Below are positions 21,336 to 32,343 of a stretch of DNA of 64,000 bases, one piece after another (position 1 is the stretch's first letter; each line of letters begins with the position of its first letter). Position numbers and translations under genes: made by a program. The notes below the pieces were generated by a model, which made no database searches, was not told the DNA's origin, and was given only the letters and a program-made list of their open reading frames with translations. The stretch is from Microcoleus sp. GTDB lineage: Bacteria > Cyanobacteriota > Cyanobacteriia > Cyanobacteriales > Microcoleaceae. The stretch is taken from positions 2,528,001-2,592,000 of the forward strand of contig CP181291.1 in the NCBI GenBank assembly GCA_052279835.1, given 5' to 3'.

Positions 21336-23609
21336 TTACCCTGCTGCATAAACAAAAGCAGGTACACGCTTATAAGCAGGCGTGCCCGATCGCTTTTCAA
21401 TCTCCGGGTGGAAAATCACATTAACTTCAGGATAAAACATCAAAGCAGCACCCACACGCACCGCCCCATAAATCACCTCAACATTCTCCATTTTTCCCAC
21501 ATTTCCCTGCACCGTAACCCGCTGATGTTCTTGCAAACCAGCACTTTTTGCATCGGCCGGATTCATCAAAATGCAATTCCGGTGTGGCATTCCCCGATAC
21601 TTGTCATCAATTTTGTAAACGACAGTATTATGCTGAGAATAGCTGCGCCCCGTCATCAATGCCACAACGATACCCCGCACTGATGGTGATACTCCAAACT
21701 CTTGGGCTTCCGGTAGTTTCAGATGGGGTAAAGGCGTGATAAACATCTTCGCTTTACCAGACTCTGTAGGGAATTTAGGTTCGGTAAAAATGCGACCGCC
21801 GATGGTAAATTCCTCTTTAGTTTCATCAATCTCTCCAATTTTTTCATAGCCAGGAATAGTTTGAGCAATCAATTTTCTCACATATTTTGTGTCCTGAAGT
21901 TTTCGCCAATCTACGGGATAAGTCCCGTGAATTCTGCTAGCTAATTCTGTTAAAAATGTCACTTCAGGAATCAAATCAGCATCAGTGAGATGAGTTTTAC
22001 CCTCATCATTGAAGCGCACAAAATTATTCCCAGATTCCACAGTGGTTTTGTGAGGATTTTCAAATCTATTTAAAACCGGAATCACAATTGTATTGTGTTT
22101 AGCCAATCCGTTAAAATGCCCTAAATTGGGTTTAGTGGCGAGGTAAATAATAGTTTCAATTTTACCTAACGCGCGTTTTGCTTGAGTAGAATCTGGATTA
22201 GCCCCATACAAATTACCGCCCAGACAAATCAGCGTATCGACTTTCCCTGCATCTGCTGCTTCAATGAGCGATCGCGTTTCGTAGCCCTTAACGCGGCTTA
22301 GGGGACGATCCAACAATTTTTCTAAAGCTTCTTGGATTTCTTTTTTCAGCTTCACAGTTACGCCCATAGAGCCAAATCCTTGGACGTTTGAATGTCCCCT
22401 CACCGGCATTAAGCCCGCCCCTTCTTTACCGACATTTCCGGTCATTAAGGCAGTATTGGCAATACTGAAAACATTATCTACACCGTTCTCATGTTGGGTA
22501 ATTCCCATCGCCCAACCAAAGACAACTCGCTTGGAACTACCGATAATTTTGGCCGTGGCTTCAATTTCAGCGCGGGAAATTCCACAAGTTTCAGTAATCG
22601 TTTCCCAAGTAGTTTCGCGGGCTTGTTGTACTACTGCTTCCCATTCTTCTGTGTGGGCTTTTAAATACTTTTCATCTAGCAAGCCTTGTTCGATAACAGA
22701 CTTTTGAATACCGACAAATAGGGCTGTATCGCTACCGGGAATTGGTTGCAAGTATAGGGAAGAAATATCGGAACCAGGAATCAGTGACTTGACAGGAAAT
22801 GCGGGAGAACCAAACTTGACTAACCCAATTTCCATCATGGGGTTAATCACAATTATTTTACCGCCTTTGTCACGGATTTTAATCAACTCGTTCATCAAGC
22901 GGGGATGATTGTAAGCAGAATTAGCACCTGCAAGTACCACGCAATCTGCTTGTTTCAAATTTTCTAGACTCACCACCGAAGTGCGGGTACCAAACATTTC
23001 GTTTAACCCGGTGGTTGAAGGAGCATGACACAGATCGGAACAATCTGCTAAATTGTTAGAACCTAGCGATCGCATCATCAATTGCAGCAAAAAAGCCGCC
23101 TCATTGGACGAGCGACCAGAACTATAAGATGCCACTCGTTCCGGGATTTTTCGCAAACCATCGGCAGCAATCTCATAAACCTCTTGCCAAGAAATGCGAT
23201 CGTAATGAGACTTTCCCGCCCGCAAAATCATCGGAAAACCAAGCCTTCCCAGCCTGTCAGCTTCCATGGAAGTTAATTGTTGAAGTTGGGAAATACTCTG
23301 GTTTGCAAAGAAGTGACTGGAGACAGCAGGTTTAATTTCTGCTGAAATTGCTTCCACACTTTTCATACAGCGCTGAAGTTTTTCACCCTCTTCGTTGGTA
23401 AAGCCTCCTTTCTGGCCACCCGTGCCCCAAGAACAAGACAAACACGCGCTTTTATGCAGCAAAGTTTTCCAAAGTTTTGGGCCTTCCGGTGACAAGGTAT
23501 GTTCTGCCCAAAACTCAATTACCGGCAAACCGCCACCTATCTCTGGCGTTTCCTGATTTTTCTCGTTGAATGGCGGAACTGGTTGGACATTTTGTGAGTT
23601 GGTGTCCAT
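21336..23609 (-). CDS. FdhF/YdeP-family molybdopterin oxidoreductase
   Basis: CLSCSWG, YSSGRSSNE, NNLADCSDLCH, PVRGHSNVQG, GRSYSQHNT. Confidence 0.9.
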   Translation of the reverse strand: MDTNSQNVQPVPPFNEKNQETPEIGGGLPVIEFWAEHTLSPEGPKLWKTLLHKSACLSCSWGTGGQKGGFTNEEGEKLQRCMKSVEAISAEIKPAVSSHFFANQSISQLQQLTSMEADRLGRLGFPMILRAGKSHYDRISWQEVYEIAADGLRKIPERVASYSSGRSSNEAAFLLQLMMRSLGSNNLADCSDLCHAPSTTGLNEMFGTRTSVVSLENLKQADCVVLAGANSAYNHPRLMNELIKIRDKGGKIIVINPMMEIGLVKFGSPAFPVKSLIPGSDISSLYLQPIPGSDTALFVGIQKSVIEQGLLDEKYLKAHTEEWEAVVQQARETTWETITETCGISRAEIEATAKIIGSSKRVVFGWAMGITQHENGVDNVFSIANTALMTGNVGKEGAGLMPVRGHSNVQGFGSMGVTVKLKKEIQEALEKLLDRPLSRVKGYETRSLIEAADAGKVDTLICLGGNLYGANPDSTQAKRALGKIETIIYLATKPNLGHFNGLAKHNTIVIPVLNRFENPHKTTVESGNNFVRFNDEGKTHLTDADLIPEVTFLTELASRIHGTYPVDWRKLQDTKYVRKLIAQTIPGYEKIGEIDETKEEFTIGGRIFTEPKFPTESGKAKMFITPLPHLKLPEAQEFGVSPSVRGIVVALMTGRSYSQHNTVVYKIDDKYRGMPHRNCILMNPADAKSAGLQEHQRVTVQGNVGKMENVEVIYGAVRVGAALMFYPEVNVIFHPEIEKRSGTPAYKRVPAFVYAAG

Positions 23610-23772
23610 CGGGCTTACCTCGCTGTTGAATTGACTACTGGAATTTTACCGTAAATTTATTACTAGAAAGATTAGCCAATAGATAGATTTATGAGAACTG
23701 TGTTCGGTTCCTAAATTTCTTACTAATAACCATCACAGCTTTATAGTGACAACTAAATTTCTATCAGTAATT

Positions 23773-26700
23773 TTACTTATTTCCCTGATTTAAACCCTGA
23801 TTCCCCAACCCAACACAAAGCTTTTTATCGCCCTCAGTCACATTTTGATTGTTCTTCAAATAATCGCCCAACCAATCACAAGTTTTAGCAACTATCTGAT
23901 TCAATTCTAAATTCTCCACCGGCCACAGCACCACATTTCTATCCATCGCAAAAGCCAGAGTCTTACTATCAGAACTAAAAGTAACGCTAAACATCCGATA
24001 GCTAGATTCCAAAGTCTTAGATAGCGTCGCCTTCCGACCATCAAAATTCCATAATTTAAGAGTATTGCCCGCACCAGCCGCCATTAACTTCCCGTCCGGG
24101 CTGAAACTCACATTTTCCACACTATCGCTGTGGTTATATTTTTCGGATAAAACTGCTTTTTTCCCATCAAAATTCCACAAGTAAACTTTTTGGTCAGCAC
24201 AACCCGTAGCTATGGTTTTTCCATCAGGACTGAAAGTAACATCCTTAACACTATTGTCGTGGTCGAGAGTAGTCAGCAATTTGGCCGACATACCATTAAT
24301 TTGCCACAGGTAAACTTTCTTGGTTGCTGCAACTTTTAAAGGATTTTTTTTGGGTTCTGGCTTGTCGTTTGTCAGCGCAGCAATGGTTTTACCGTCGGGA
24401 CTGAAACTTACTCTCACTACCTGATTCATGTGGTCTAGTTTGGCGATCGCAGTTGCCCGACCATTCTGCCAACGCCAAAGGTACAATTTATTATCATCGC
24501 TTCCCGTGGCAATTATTTTGCCATCCGGACTAAAACTCACGCTGTTAACAATATCGCCGTGTGGGAGAGTATCTAACAGTTTCCCGTCTATACTCCATAC
24601 TTTCACTGTTTTGTCATCGCTGGCAGAAGCAATGGTGCGATTGTCCGGCGCAATACTCACCCCATTAACAGAATTTTCGTGACCTACTAAGCTTCTCAAC
24701 AAACTACCATTAGCCAGCCAAAGTTTCACAGTTTTGTCTCTGCTAGCAGAAGCAATTATTTTGCCATCTGAACTCAAACTAACTTTATTCACCCAGTCAC
24801 CGTGCCCAGCCAAAATTTGATTCAAAGGAGTATTGTTCGGTTTCCAACTTTTAACCATTTGGTCTTTGCTTGCCGAAACAATAGTGCCATCGCGACTGAA
24901 AGTTACTGCCCTCACGTCATCTTGATGTCCTCGAAAAGTGTTCAGCAAAGTGCCGGTACGACTCCAAACTTTCAGAGTGTTATCCGCACTGCCACTGACA
25001 ATCTTGTTGCCATCGCGACTAAAACTCGCACTCACCACTTCTTCGTTGTGTCCTTTAATTGTCTTAATTTCCTTTCCTTCTCGATTCCAAATTTTGACTG
25101 TGGTGTCCGCACTTGCCGAGACTATTTCTTTACCGTTGGGACTAAAATTGACACTGTAAACAATGTCAGAATGCTTATTTAAATTTTTGGGTATAGTTTT
25201 AAATTTATCGCTTTTACCTTCTTTGTCCCAAAGTTTGATAGTTTTGTCCGCACTTGCGGAAGCAATTGTTTCGCCGTCGGGACTAAATCTGACACCAAGT
25301 ACCAAGTCTTTGTGTCCGGTTAAAGTTTGTAGCAATTTTTTGCTGGGGATGTTCCAGATTTTGATAGTATTGTCGTAACTACCGGAAGCGATGGTTTTGC
25401 CGTCGGGACTGAAACTGACGCTGGTAACTATATCTTTGTGACCTTCTAAAGTGGCCATGGGCTTTTTATTATTATCTAACTGCCAAATTCTAATTTTGCC
25501 ATCGCCACAACCAGTAGCAATGGTTTTGCCATCGGGACTAAAAGTAACACTCGTGACACCATCGCTGTGATTAAAAGTATTTAATAACTTACCTTCTTTG
25601 CTCCACAATTTAACAGTTTTGTCCGCACTTGCCGAAGCAACTTTATTGCCATCAGGACTGACACTCACATCCAAAACAAAGTTGGTGTGCTGCTCAAAAC
25701 TATTGTATTCTTGCACCCCAGAAACTGCTCGTCTGAGTCTTTCTGCAATCTGGTTTTTAGTATCCAGAGGTAAGGCTGTACTATTGACAGAATCTTTGGC
25801 AATCTTCACACTGGTTTCCAAGATTCCCATTTGGTCTTTTTCATTAGAAAGCACGAGAGCACGGGAACCCGAATCTAGGGCATCAGTGCGAGCTTTTTCA
25901 GCCTGTTGTCGCGCTTCGTCTCCTACTTTTGTTTGATACAGTGCTACACCAGAAAGACCAGTCAATCCTACCACTCCCAGCACTGCTAATCGCAGTTGCC
26001 ATTTGCGATTTTCGTAGAGTTTAGCTTCAGCTTCATGCTGTTTTTCTTTAGCTTGGCGCTGTTTGTCTCTGGATTCTGAAAGCAGGGCATTTAGTTCTTT
26101 TTCCTTGCGGAGTTGTTCGATGACATCTCTATTAATTTTGTGTTGTTTTCGTAGTTCCTCAAATTCAGCTTTTTTATCTAATTCCTGCTGCTGGCGGATG
26201 AAACCAACTAGATAGTCGTGAACTAGCTGATAAAGCTCGGCTGGCAGTTCTGTCCAACGAAAAATTAAACCAGATTTTACCAACAATTCTAAGACTAAAT
26301 CTAATTTATCAGCTTCTTCAAAGGTGGCTAAATCTAAGGCTAGTTCGGCACGAGTTTTCAGAGGACGGATATCATCTTCATCCGTCAGCAAGTACAAAAC
26401 TCTACGGGCTGCTCCTTCATTTTCTGGACCACAGTCTTGGATGACTTCTTCGAGAAATCTGGCTACTAATTTTTGTTTAGGATTATTGCCTAGTTCCTGA
26501 TATTGAGTGAAGGTGGTAATGTCATCTTGTTGCAGTTGAGCACCGACAACTTGTAGTTCTATGGGGCGAACTTCTCCCAAATTTCCTGCTAAATCTTTGA
26601 CCAATTCTTTGATTAATCTCGCTTCCAAATAAAACTGAGAACGTTGAGTTAAACTCTGAATAATCGCAGTAGCATCCGCTACCGAAAAATTGCCTAGATA

Positions 26701-28968
26701 AAACAAAATATCTTTGCTGAGAATGTCACTTAAAATGTCATTGTTGATGATTTGTTGATTGCTTTTTGGTCTGCAAAATTCTAGCAAATAATGCAAATAG
26801 TCTTCCCGTAAAGATAGGATAACTTTTAAGTATTTGATTTTTAAGCATTCCCGCAAAAACTCAAAGAATATTTCCCTTTCTGCTTGTTCTTTCCACACAA
26901 AGAAAAATTCTTCAAATTGGTCAAATATGAGAACAGTGACTAGATGTTCTGCATTTATTTGCAACTCTTTGATGATTTTATCGTATTCTATAGTCTGTTT
27001 TTTGAGGATTACTTCTACAGGCTGTTCGGGAACAATTTTATCTTCGGGAGGGCGATTTTCAGGAGGATTTAATATCGCCATTAAAGTGTCATTGGTCTCC
27101 CTGGTTTCCCCTTCCGATTCGACTTCGATTGAACCTAACCTATCTTCGGCAATTACTCGCTCGAATATTTCTGATTTGCTAGCAGATAACTGTCTGGTCA
27201 ATTCCCGCGGCCAATTATTGTAAACTTGTAGCAATACTGGTAAAACAGTGCGGTTTTCTATCTTTTTTTGTTTCAGCGCCGGTACTAATCCCCCCGTGAC
27301 CATGGAACTTTTACCAACTCCCGATTGACCGTAAATTACTGTTAATTTGTTTTGGGCGCTGTTCATCCTAGCTATCAAACGGTTGAGGTCTTGTTCTCTG
27401 CCGGAAGCAGTAATTTCATCAGCAATTGTAGTATTGACAGTAACAGTTTCTGTGGTGGGATTAATTGCTTGTCTGTGAGGCTGCAACTTTCCTGCACCAA
27501 TAAAAGCTCGGAAACGATAGGTATGTTCGATCGATCGATAATCTTGCTTAACTTGAAATGCTTCGAGATATTCCCCTCGTTGAAAATAAACCGATCGCAG
27601 CAGTTCTAACACCCGCAAATACAACTGCGGGTTGTAGCAAGGTGGGGTTTGGGATCGTGCCATTTCTAGATGTGCGATCGCCTGTTCAATTTCACCAATT
27701 TCCTTCTCTGCTTCTGCTAAAATTAACAGGTACAAGCCTTGATGCTGGGACTTTACAGAGGTTCCTTGTCCGGCCACATCTAAAGTTGAGTTGAGAACTT
27801 CTAGAGCCACTAAAGCCCATTCCTTAGCCCCTTGCCAATTTTTCTGCTCTAAAGCTACCTTAGCCAAAAAGCCATAATCTTGAGCTAAATTAACTGCTGA
27901 ATTTTCCATATTTTGATGTAACCTCCGAGCTTTGATAGCTAAATTCCAGAGTGCATCCCAATCTTCTAAATACTGTAATACTTCGCCTAATTGATTGATA
28001 AATTTACCAACAGGATCTTGCTGTCCGGCTCTTTCTAAAACATCAATAGATTCTTGAAAATAATTTTTAGCTTCCGTCCAGTAAGGACGGTTGCCTTTAC
28101 GATGCTGTTCTGCTTGAAATCGGTAGCAAAGCCCGATGTGAAAGAGCAGAATCCCCTCTAATACGGGTGCTGGGTGAATCGTAAATAACAAGTTGCTAAA
28201 TTCGGTTTGATGACCAAGTAATCCTACTTGATACTTCCAAAAATTGAGACTTTTCTGATATAATGCAATGGCAGTATCGATGCGCTGACAAGCATATTCG
28301 TTGCGGCCGCGCAGAAATTGTAAACTAGCTTCAATGGCTGGTTCCACCCGGATATCGGAAGTTTCCAAATCTTTCCTGGCTGACTCTAATTCAGTCAAGG
28401 CACCACTACCCAGAATGGCAGAATTAGTTAAACGCCAATTGCCGTTTTCTAAAATACCCGAAAAAATGCGATCGGCACTTTTTCCCAAAAAGTCTACTAA
28501 CTCATCGGGCCGAAGTACAAATTCAATAGTTGTCGTCCAACTTTCAATATCTGTGACTAAGCGAATCAGTTTTTTTAAAATTTTGTCTGTCACCCACAGC
28601 ACCACCGGAAAGGGAAAGTTATTGCGAAATTCTTCCCTGACATAGTTGGTAGAAGTCAGCACTTTATCGATCGCATTTACCGACTCTAATCCAAACACCA
28701 TCAAAGCCTGGGGCTGGCTACCAGCAAGTTCTGCTTCTATGGTAGTGTAAAGAGTTTTCACAGATGCAGGGAGAAAAATTTCTCGCACCTCCACCGCACA
28801 AGCCTGGTGCAATTGTCTGACAATTTGCTCTCGGAGAACACCGTAATTGCAGCGCACCAAAGTCAGAGAAAATTGCCCCTGAGACATTTTGAGAGTGCGG
28901 GCGAGAGTTTGCAGCGAATTTTTGTTTTCCAGCCCTGGTGTATCTTCTTGGTAGTGTGAATTAATCAT
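23773..28968 (-). CDS. STAND NTPase (nSTAND1-like) with TPRs, TM segment and many WD40 repeats
   Basis: Walker A GQSGVGKS, LIFDQFEEFF, LVHDYL, WD40 array; likely start MINSHYQ (ORF open to 29142). Confidence 0.88.
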   Translation of the reverse strand: MINSHYQEDTPGLENKNSLQTLARTLKMSQGQFSLTLVRCNYGVLREQIVRQLHQACAVEVREIFLPASVKTLYTTIEAELAGSQPQALMVFGLESVNAIDKVLTSTNYVREEFRNNFPFPVVLWVTDKILKKLIRLVTDIESWTTTIEFVLRPDELVDFLGKSADRIFSGILENGNWRLTNSAILGSGALTELESARKDLETSDIRVEPAIEASLQFLRGRNEYACQRIDTAIALYQKSLNFWKYQVGLLGHQTEFSNLLFTIHPAPVLEGILLFHIGLCYRFQAEQHRKGNRPYWTEAKNYFQESIDVLERAGQQDPVGKFINQLGEVLQYLEDWDALWNLAIKARRLHQNMENSAVNLAQDYGFLAKVALEQKNWQGAKEWALVALEVLNSTLDVAGQGTSVKSQHQGLYLLILAEAEKEIGEIEQAIAHLEMARSQTPPCYNPQLYLRVLELLRSVYFQRGEYLEAFQVKQDYRSIEHTYRFRAFIGAGKLQPHRQAINPTTETVTVNTTIADEITASGREQDLNRLIARMNSAQNKLTVIYGQSGVGKSSMVTGGLVPALKQKKIENRTVLPVLLQVYNNWPRELTRQLSASKSEIFERVIAEDRLGSIEVESEGETRETNDTLMAILNPPENRPPEDKIVPEQPVEVILKKQTIEYDKIIKELQINAEHLVTVLIFDQFEEFFFVWKEQAEREIFFEFLRECLKIKYLKVILSLREDYLHYLLEFCRPKSNQQIINNDILSDILSKDILFYLGNFSVADATAIIQSLTQRSQFYLEARLIKELVKDLAGNLGEVRPIELQVVGAQLQQDDITTFTQYQELGNNPKQKLVARFLEEVIQDCGPENEGAARRVLYLLTDEDDIRPLKTRAELALDLATFEEADKLDLVLELLVKSGLIFRWTELPAELYQLVHDYLVGFIRQQQELDKKAEFEELRKQHKINRDVIEQLRKEKELNALLSESRDKQRQAKEKQHEAEAKLYENRKWQLRLAVLGVVGLTGLSGVALYQTKVGDEARQQAEKARTDALDSGSRALVLSNEKDQMGILETSVKIAKDSVNSTALPLDTKNQIAERLRRAVSGVQEYNSFEQHTNFVLDVSVSPDGNKVASASADKTVKLWSKEGKLLNTFNHSDGVTSVTFSPDGKTIATGCGDGKIRIWQLDNNKKPMATLEGHKDIVTSVSFSPDGKTIASGSYDNTIKIWNIPSKKLLQTLTGHKDLVLGVRFSPDGETIASASADKTIKLWDKEGKSDKFKTIPKNLNKHSDIVYSVNFSPNGKEIVSASADTTVKIWNREGKEIKTIKGHNEEVVSASFSRDGNKIVSGSADNTLKVWSRTGTLLNTFRGHQDDVRAVTFSRDGTIVSASKDQMVKSWKPNNTPLNQILAGHGDWVNKVSLSSDGKIIASASRDKTVKLWLANGSLLRSLVGHENSVNGVSIAPDNRTIASASDDKTVKVWSIDGKLLDTLPHGDIVNSVSFSPDGKIIATGSDDNKLYLWRWQNGRATAIAKLDHMNQVVRVSFSPDGKTIAALTNDKPEPKKNPLKVAATKKVYLWQINGMSAKLLTTLDHDNSVKDVTFSPDGKTIATGCADQKVYLWNFDGKKAVLSEKYNHSDSVENVSFSPDGKLMAAGAGNTLKLWNFDGRKATLSKTLESSYRMFSVTFSSDSKTLAFAMDRNVVLWPVENLELNQIVAKTCDWLGDYLKNNQNVTEGDKKLCVGLGNQGLNQGNK

Positions 28969-29340
28969 ATTAAATATTGAAAAAATATTTGAATAATCCG
29001 TTGGTATTAACCACCGAGAAATAGAGAAATCGGTGGGACAATTCTCTGCTTCCCAAAAGGCGATCGCCCAATAGAAATCTCCTCTAATTTCTGTAGGGTT
29101 GGCATCCTCCCAGCCCTCGATCGCCTTTTTTGGAGATGTCACATAGCCGATGATTGTTTCAGTCCAGCGAAAAAATACATACCCTGAAAAAATCCTTTCT
29201 GTGTTCTTAGCACATTTCGATAAAAATCAACCAAAAATTAGGGGAAAAATTTACAATTACTCCATCAAATTGTACCACTCTGGTGGGGTAGGCTTCTTGC
29301 CAGCCTAAGACTTATATTTTTGGAAATGACTATGGATTGA

Positions 29341-29697
29341 TTAGCAGAGTCCTGAAATACGACAACTGCGGCTGGATCTACCCCTAGCTGCACTGATATA
29401 AAGCTTTGTTTCTGGGGAAGTAATTTCTGATTTAACAGGAGATTCCTTAATTTTGGTTGTCTGTATATTCCCATCCTCAGAAAAATTAGGTAAGTCCCAA
29501 TTTTCGCTTTCTTCAACGGCGATGAATTGTGAATGCAAATTCTCCGAATTCATCCCATCGCCACCAACCAAAACTGGTTTGATTGGAGTTCCCGTCATAG
29601 CACTAATACTAGCCAAAGATTGAGTTGTCTGTGCCATGAGCAAAATAGGCATTGCTACTAAGGCACTTATAGTTTGTCGCGTCGTCATGTTTTTCAT
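29341..29697 (-). CDS. Small secreted hypothetical protein
   Basis: AGAGGA RBS before MKNMTT; signal-like N-terminus; C-terminus AARGRSSRSCRISGLC. Confidence 0.6.
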   Translation of the reverse strand: MKNMTTRQTISALVAMPILLMAQTTQSLASISAMTGTPIKPVLVGGDGMNSENLHSQFIAVEESENWDLPNFSEDGNIQTTKIKESPVKSEITSPETKLYISAARGRSSRSCRISGLC

Positions 29698-30266
29698 AAT
29701 GTTATCCTCTATAGAAACTGAGTATGACAGTTGTCCTCGCTGAATCTGAGTTGCTACTTTGATAAGTGCTCTCATTAATTGATAGTGCTTCTGCTTGAGA
29801 AAACAAAGGAGCCTACCTGTGACACTTAATCAAAGGTTTGCTTAGGCGATCGCCAGGAGTCAACTGTTCTGCTTCGTATTACTAAGTAAAAACTCTTAAA
29901 CAGTAAGGTTTTTTAGTCAACTGTGGACCTAGGCAGAAACCCGCTTTTTTAAGATAATTTCGCTATGTTAGGCTAATTGCCCTAATGCTGAATCTGGTGT
30001 CATAAATTCGCCGCCCTCAGTCTTGTCAGTAATTTCCGACTTTTTGGGAGTATCCCTGTCCCATGCCAAGCTGTTACACTGCTGACATTGACACATACTC
30101 ACAGCAAGCACAAGTGTTACCACAAACACAATACCCATGTCAACCCTTTTATTTTAACATTAATCTCTAATCCACTGACTTTCGTGGAAACACGATCGCA
30201 GCTAAAGTGCGATCGCCTATTTTCAGAAATGCTTTAACATTTATTGATAAACAAGGAGGACAAAAG

Positions 30267-31628
30267 ATGTTAGTTAGCGATATGCTCCAGCAGCAGCGAC
30301 AATTTTTTGCGACGGGAAAAACTAAAGAGGTGGATTTTCGGCTGGAACAATTGCATAAACTTAAAAGCGCCATCCAACTTAATCAATCACGAATAGTGGA
30401 TGCTGTCAATGCTGACCTAAATCGGCCGGAATTCGAGGCTTACTTTGAAATCGCATCCATTGCCGAAGTTAAGTATGCCATCAAAAATCTGAAATCTTGG
30501 GTAAAGCCCAGAAAAGTGCCAACATCGATCGACCAATTCCCCGCCTCAGCCCGCATTTTTCCCGAACCTTTAGGCGTAGTTTTAATCATCGGGCCTTGGA
30601 ACTATCCCTTTCAGTTAATGATATCACCCTTAGTAGGGGCGATCGCCGCCGGCAACTGTGCCATCCTCAAACCCTCAGAAATCGCCTCACATACCTCAGC
30701 ATTTGTGGCTGACATGATTGCTAAAACCTTCGATCCAGCTTACATAGCGGCCATCGAAGGTGGTGTGGAAATTAGCCAACAATTGTTAGCTGAAAAATTC
30801 GACCACATCTTCTTTACCGGAGGCACAAAAATTGGTAGAATCGTGATGGAAGCCGCCGCCAAACACCTAACTCCTGTAACATTAGAATTAGGCGGCAAAA
30901 GTCCTTGCATTGTAGACTCAGACGTGCAGATAGAACACACCGCAAAACGGATTGCTTGGGGCAAATTCATCAATGCCGGTCAAACCTGTATCGCTCCAGA
31001 TTACCTGTTAGTCGATCGCAAAATCAAGCCAGATTTGATGCCAGCAATTAAAGCATCGATTCTTGAATTATACGGCAACGACCCGCAAACAAGTCCCGAC
31101 TATTGCAGAATTATCAATCAGCGGCAATTAGAACGTTTGAGTGCGTTCATCAAAGATGGAGAAATTGTCATCGGCGGGGAAGTGAAACCGGAAGATAGAT
31201 ATATTGCACCGACGGTTTTAGATAAAGTTTCCTGGGATTCGCCGGTGATGGAAGATGAGATTTTCGGGCCGATTTTGCCAGTGTTGGAGTATGATGATTT
31301 ATCAGAGGCGATCGCCCAAATCAACGCCCGCCCCAAACCGTTAGCATTGTATTTGTTCTCGAAGGATAAACAGAAACAAGAACGAGTTCTGCGGGAAACT
31401 TCTTCTGGGGGAGTTTGTATCAACGACACAGTAATGCAAGTGGGAGTGACAACCTTACCCTTTGGCGGAGTTGGAGAAAGCGGCATCGGGAGCTATCACG
31501 GAAAAGCAAGTTTTGATACTTTTTCCCATTACAAAAGCGTGCTGCAAAAGTCTTTTTGGCTGGAATTGAAGTGGCGCTACGCTCCTTATAAAGGCAAGTT
31601 AGATTTGATTAAAAAAGTGATTGGTTGA
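30267..31628 (+). CDS. Aldehyde dehydrogenase (class 3-like)
   Basis: AGGAGG RBS; PWNYP, FTGG, LELGGKSP, GQTCIAPDY, EIFGP. Confidence 0.93.
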   Translation: MLVSDMLQQQRQFFATGKTKEVDFRLEQLHKLKSAIQLNQSRIVDAVNADLNRPEFEAYFEIASIAEVKYAIKNLKSWVKPRKVPTSIDQFPASARIFPEPLGVVLIIGPWNYPFQLMISPLVGAIAAGNCAILKPSEIASHTSAFVADMIAKTFDPAYIAAIEGGVEISQQLLAEKFDHIFFTGGTKIGRIVMEAAAKHLTPVTLELGGKSPCIVDSDVQIEHTAKRIAWGKFINAGQTCIAPDYLLVDRKIKPDLMPAIKASILELYGNDPQTSPDYCRIINQRQLERLSAFIKDGEIVIGGEVKPEDRYIAPTVLDKVSWDSPVMEDEIFGPILPVLEYDDLSEAIAQINARPKPLALYLFSKDKQKQERVLRETSSGGVCINDTVMQVGVTTLPFGGVGESGIGSYHGKASFDTFSHYKSVLQKSFWLELKWRYAPYKGKLDLIKKVIG

Positions 31629-32098
31629 TTCACTCGTTCCCAGGCTCTGCCTGGTAACGCACATCAGGAGGCTCTGCCTCCAATTCTCCTAGTAGAAGAG
31701 CGAGGCAGAGCCTCTAGACATGAGTTCCCAGGCAGAGCCTAGGAACCAGTTAGCCAGTTAACGACACAGTAATGCAAGTGGGAGTGACAACCTTACCCTT
31801 TGGCGGAGTTGGAGAAAGCGGCATCGGGAGCTATCACGGAAAAGCAAGTTTTGATACTTTTTCCCATTACAAAAGCGTGCTGCAAAAGTCTTTTTTGCTA
31901 GAATTGAAGTGGCGCTATGCTCCTTATAAAGGCAAGTTAGATTTGATTAAAAAAGTGATTGGTTGATTCACTCGTTCCCAGGCTCTGCCTGGTAACGCAC
32001 ATCAGGAGGCTCTGCCTCCAATTCTCCTAGTAGAAGAGCGAGGCAGAGCCTCTAGACATGAGTTTCCCAGGCAGAGCCTAGGAACCAGTTAGCCAGTT
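31422..32098. repeat. Tandem 338/339-bp duplication of the ALDH 3' end and downstream palindromic repeat
   Basis: 31422-31759 vs 31760-32098; 3 substitutions and 1 indel seen. Confidence 0.93.
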
Positions 32099-32117
32099 AC
32101 AAACATAGCAAATCAAA

Positions 32118-32193
32118 ATGAACGACAATTTACGCGAAATTTTAGCAGAACTTCGCAACTACTTTCAGCAGTAGAGAAGGAGTCCCGATTTGA
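32118..32193 (+). pseudogene. Possible remnant of a minimal nucleotidyltransferase (MNT) gene
   Basis: MNDNLREILAELRNYFQQ* abuts REGVPI* in another frame; these resemble MNT N- and C-termini (recalled). Confidence 0.4.
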
Positions 32194-32249
32194 AAGTCTT
32201 TTAACCAATCATCTCGCGATAATCCTTGTGCAGACTCCGCGCGAGACTC

Positions 32250-32314
32250 AGAAACCGGGTTTCTGGGGAAAATCTCGTGAGGAGGCGTAAATTCTCATAG
32301 AAACCCGGTTTCTT
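32250..32314. repeat. Pair of AGAAACCGGGTTTCT palindromes
   Basis: AGAAACCGGGTTTCT ... AGAAACCCGGTTTCT. Confidence 0.75.
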
Positions 32315-32343
32315 GGACTAACCGCGTGAGTTCTTGATAAGTA

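Noticed and set aside
29341..29400. patX/patS assignment
   Set aside because: No RG(S/T)GR pentapeptide and no TCCGGA seen upstream
31772..31966. 64-aa ORF as a separate gene
   Set aside because: It is the duplicated ALDH 3' fragment
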